DNA from: an uncultured bacterium | GTDB lineage: Bacteria > Abyssobacteria > SURF-5 | Direction of reading: 5' to 3' | Assembly (NCBI GenBank): GCA_964510165.1 | Contig: CAZEBC010000149.1 | Location: 1-10,047 of the forward strand | Length of the DNA stretch: 10,047 bases | Shown here: in pieces, positions 8,331 to 10,047 of the stretch | Layout: each line of letters opens with the position of its first letter | How positions within the stretch are numbered: the first letter of the stretch is position 1 | Made by a program: the position numbers and the translations under genes | The notes under the pieces: generated by a model | Databases searched by the model: none | Seen by the model: the letters and a program-made list of their open reading frames with translations, nothing else | Told to the model about the DNA's origin: nothing

Positions 8331-9652
8331 TCGGCAGTGCGTTTTAGTAGTTCGTCCTTGAGCGCGGAAATCTTCAGCCGCACTTGCTGCATCGAATCCC
8401 GTTCGCGAAGGGTGACGGTCTCATCCTGAAGTGTTTGCGAGTCCACGGTAATTCCGAAGGGGGTGCCTGCTTCGTCCTGTCTGCGGTAACGGCGCCCGAC
8501 GGAACCACCGTCGTCGTAGAAAACCTTCAAGTGCGGCCTCAGTTCGTCAGCTATCTTTCTCGCAATCTCCGGCATGCCGTCTCGGTTGACGAGGGGGAGC
8601 ACCGCCGCTTTGATGGGGGCGATTCTTGGTGAGAGCCTCAGCACCTTGCGCTCTTCCTTCGCACCGGGGTTCTCGACCTCGTAGGCGTCAATGAGGCACG
8701 TGAGCAGCGTGCGGTCAACGCCCGCCGACGTCTCGATTATATACGGGATATACCTCTGGTTGAGTTCCTGGTCGAAGTAGGTGAGGTCCTTGCCGGAATA
8801 CTCCTGATGGCGCGAGAGGTCGAAATCGGTTCGGTTGTGAATGCCCTCGAGTTCTTTCCAGCCGAACGGGAACTCATATTCGATATCGAACGCCTTGCGC
8901 GCGTAATGCGCCAGTTCTGCGGGGCTGTGTTCGTGGAAGCGCAGCCGTTCCTTCTTGACGCCGAGGTCCAGATACCACTGCATCCGCTGTCCCTTCCAGT
9001 ACTCGAACCACTCGTCATCGGCGCCGGGTCGGACGAAGTATTGCATCTCCATCTGCTCGAACTCGCGCATGCGGAACACGAAGTTGCCGGGCGTGATCTC
9101 GTTTCGGAAGGCTTTCCCGATCTGGGCGATGCCGAACGGTATCTTTTGACGTGAAGGGCCAAGCACGTTCTGGAAATTCACGTAGATGCCTTGGGCCGTC
9201 TCGGGCCGCAGGTATACCACGGCGGCCTCTTCCTCAACTGGCCCGATGAACGTCTTGAACATCAGGTTGAACTGGCGCGGGTCGGTGAGCTCGCCGCCGC
9301 AGTCGGGACAGACCTTATCCTCCACTTCGTCGGCGCGGAAGCGGTGCTTGCACTGCTTGCAATCGACCAGCGGGTCGTGAAATCCGGCCACGTGGCCCGA
9401 CGCTTCCCACACGCGCGGATGCATGATGATGCTGGCGTCGAGCCCTTCGACGTCCTCGCGCAGTTGCGTCATGGTCTTCCACCAGAACCGCTTGATGTTG
9501 TTCTTCAGCTCGACCCCGAGTGGGCCGTAATCCCAGCAACTTGTGATGCCGCCGTAGATGAGGCTGCTCTGAAAGATAAAGCCGCGTCTGCGACACAGCG
9601 AGACCAGTTCTTCCATTCTCTTGTCGGCCTCGGTAATCTTCTTCTTGGCCAT
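8327..9652 (-). CDS. glyQS: Glycine--tRNA ligase, homodimeric alpha2 type
   Basis: 'RRGF...IYGG...WDYGPLGVELKNN', 'YLRPETAQG', motif 2 'GKAFRNEITP...FRMREFEQME', 'ELEGIHNRTDFDL', 'IETSAGVDR', anticodon domain 'GRRYRRQDEAGTP'; CxxC...CxxC in the insertion domain. Start at ATG 9652 (GGAAGGCGG upstream, 441 aa) is preferred over 9730. Confidence 0.97.
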   Translation of the reverse strand: MAKKKITEADKRMEELVSLCRRRGFIFQSSLIYGGITSCWDYGPLGVELKNNIKRFWWKTMTQLREDVEGLDASIIMHPRVWEASGHVAGFHDPLVDCKQCKHRFRADEVEDKVCPDCGGELTDPRQFNLMFKTFIGPVEEEAAVVYLRPETAQGIYVNFQNVLGPSRQKIPFGIAQIGKAFRNEITPGNFVFRMREFEQMEMQYFVRPGADDEWFEYWKGQRMQWYLDLGVKKERLRFHEHSPAELAHYARKAFDIEYEFPFGWKELEGIHNRTDFDLSRHQEYSGKDLTYFDQELNQRYIPYIIETSAGVDRTLLTCLIDAYEVENPGAKEERKVLRLSPRIAPIKAAVLPLVNRDGMPEIARKIADELRPHLKVFYDDGGSVGRRYRRQDEAGTPFGITVDSQTLQDETVTLRERDSMQQVRLKISALKDELLKRTAE

Positions 9653-9728
9653 ATACTGTAAACCGCCTTCCCTGCCCAAGTTCAGGTTGTCCAAATCAGA
9701 AATATTTGAGGGGAATCTTCCGCGTCTC

Positions 9729-9774
9729 AATAAAAAGCCCTTCTCGCCGAAAGTTCGGTTTCGGCGAAAAGGGC
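9729..9774 (-). terminator. Intrinsic terminator inside the glyQS 5' leader
   Basis: Minus strand GCCCTTTTCGCCGAAA-ccgaac-TTTCGGCGAGAAGGGC-TTTTTATT: 16-bp stem followed by a U tract. Its one imperfect pair is G-U on the minus strand but C-A on the plus strand. Confidence 0.9.
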
Positions 9775-9830
9775 GAACCTGCCCGCGGATTCACCCCATC
9801 GGCCTGGCTCGCGCCAAACCGCTCATAATC
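9729..9830 (-). promoter_or_regulatory. Candidate transcription attenuator/leader RNA of glyQS
   Basis: Between promoter and terminator: hairpin CGGUUUGGC-GCGA-GCCAGGCCG (9821-9800) and antiterminator GGGGUGAAUC (9797-9788) pairing with GGUUCGCCCU (9779-9770), which overlaps the terminator 5' arm. Confidence 0.6.
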
Positions 9831-9835
9831 AACGC

Positions 9836-9865
9836 ATTATATCCCTTGCAGTTACGATATGTCAA
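9836..9865 (-). promoter_or_regulatory. Consensus sigma70 promoter upstream of glyQS (proximal)
   Basis: TTGACA (9865-9860), 18-nt spacer, TATAAT (9841-9836). Both hexamers are perfect. Predicted TSS about 9830-9829. Confidence 0.85.
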
Positions 9866-9899
9866 ACGCGATCTATGGTTTCCCTTCTTAATAGCGAGA

Positions 9900-9974
9900 G
9901 CGCCTGGCCGGGAGGATGGCTCCTTGCGAAATAGAGGGAGGGACGGAAAGAGTCGCCCTGCGCCGGCCAGGCGC
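9900..9974. repeat. 75-bp element bounded by a perfect 12-bp inverted repeat
   Basis: GCGCCTGGCCGG (9900-9911) and CCGGCCAGGCGC (9963-9974). Confidence 0.75.
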
Positions 9975-9980
9975 AGGCAT

Positions 9981-10009
9981 ATTATGTCATATGCTTGTCC
10001 CAAACACAA
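9981..10009 (-). promoter_or_regulatory. Possible distal sigma70 promoter (extended -10)
   Basis: TTGTGT (10009-10004), 17-nt spacer, CATAAT (9986-9981) preceded by TGn, in a locally AT-rich patch. Confidence 0.35.
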
Positions 10010-10047
10010 GTCAACCCTCGAAATAACCGTTCTCGGACGGCGCCCGC

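Noticed and set aside
9653-9730. 26-aa N-terminal extension of GlyRS from TTG 9730
   Set aside because: It starts inside the terminator U tract with no RBS; ATG 9652 has an RBS and sits at the usual start of homology.
9774-9787. tRNA-Gly fragment or mimic (GCGGGCA, GGUUCG on the minus strand)
   Set aside because: Matches are too short; no cloverleaf, anticodon arm or CCA end.
9653-9900. Glycine or fluoride riboswitch
   Set aside because: No GGAGA...CCGAAG...CUCUCAGG aptamer. GAUGGGGU recalls the fluoride motif, but the 3' AUGAC pseudoknot partner is absent.
9925-9960. c-di-GMP-I riboswitch suggested by GGGACGGAAAG
   Set aside because: The upstream GGYAAA and the downstream P3 tetraloop-receptor stem are missing.
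9729-9990. Canonical T-box riboswitch
   Set aside because: No AG-bulge (AGAGA), GGUGnRA apical loop or specifier loop on the minus strand, and the bulge is UGAA rather than UGGN. Reported only as T-box-like.
9791-10009. 72-aa minus-strand ORF
   Set aside because: Runs through promoter boxes and the inverted repeat, with no protein-like features. Only its last 11 codons are kept as a candidate uORF.

Overview
GC-rich bacterial window with seven protein-coding genes. Plus strand: a 5'-truncated beta-lactamase-fold serine hydrolase, a divergent IlvD/Edd-family dehydratase, then (after a near-consensus sigma70 promoter) a probably exported penicillin-acylase-family Ntn hydrolase and two tandem MFS transporters, with a degenerate GTAG-family REP pair between the acylase and the first MFS. 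Minus strand, convergent: homodimeric glycine--tRNA ligase (glyQS) overlapping a YfcE/MJ0936-family metallophosphoesterase. The most interesting region is non-coding, upstream of glyQS. A perfect TTGACA-N18-TATAAT promoter would drive a ~100-nt leader with a GNRA hairpin, an antiterminator resembling a degenerate T-box but with no room for T-box Stem I, an 11-codon uORF and a strong intrinsic terminator. This is a candidate non-canonical attenuator. A second unexplained structured element lies further upstream. No transposase, CRISPR array, tRNA or rRNA was seen. All calls come from reading motifs by eye; no searches were run.
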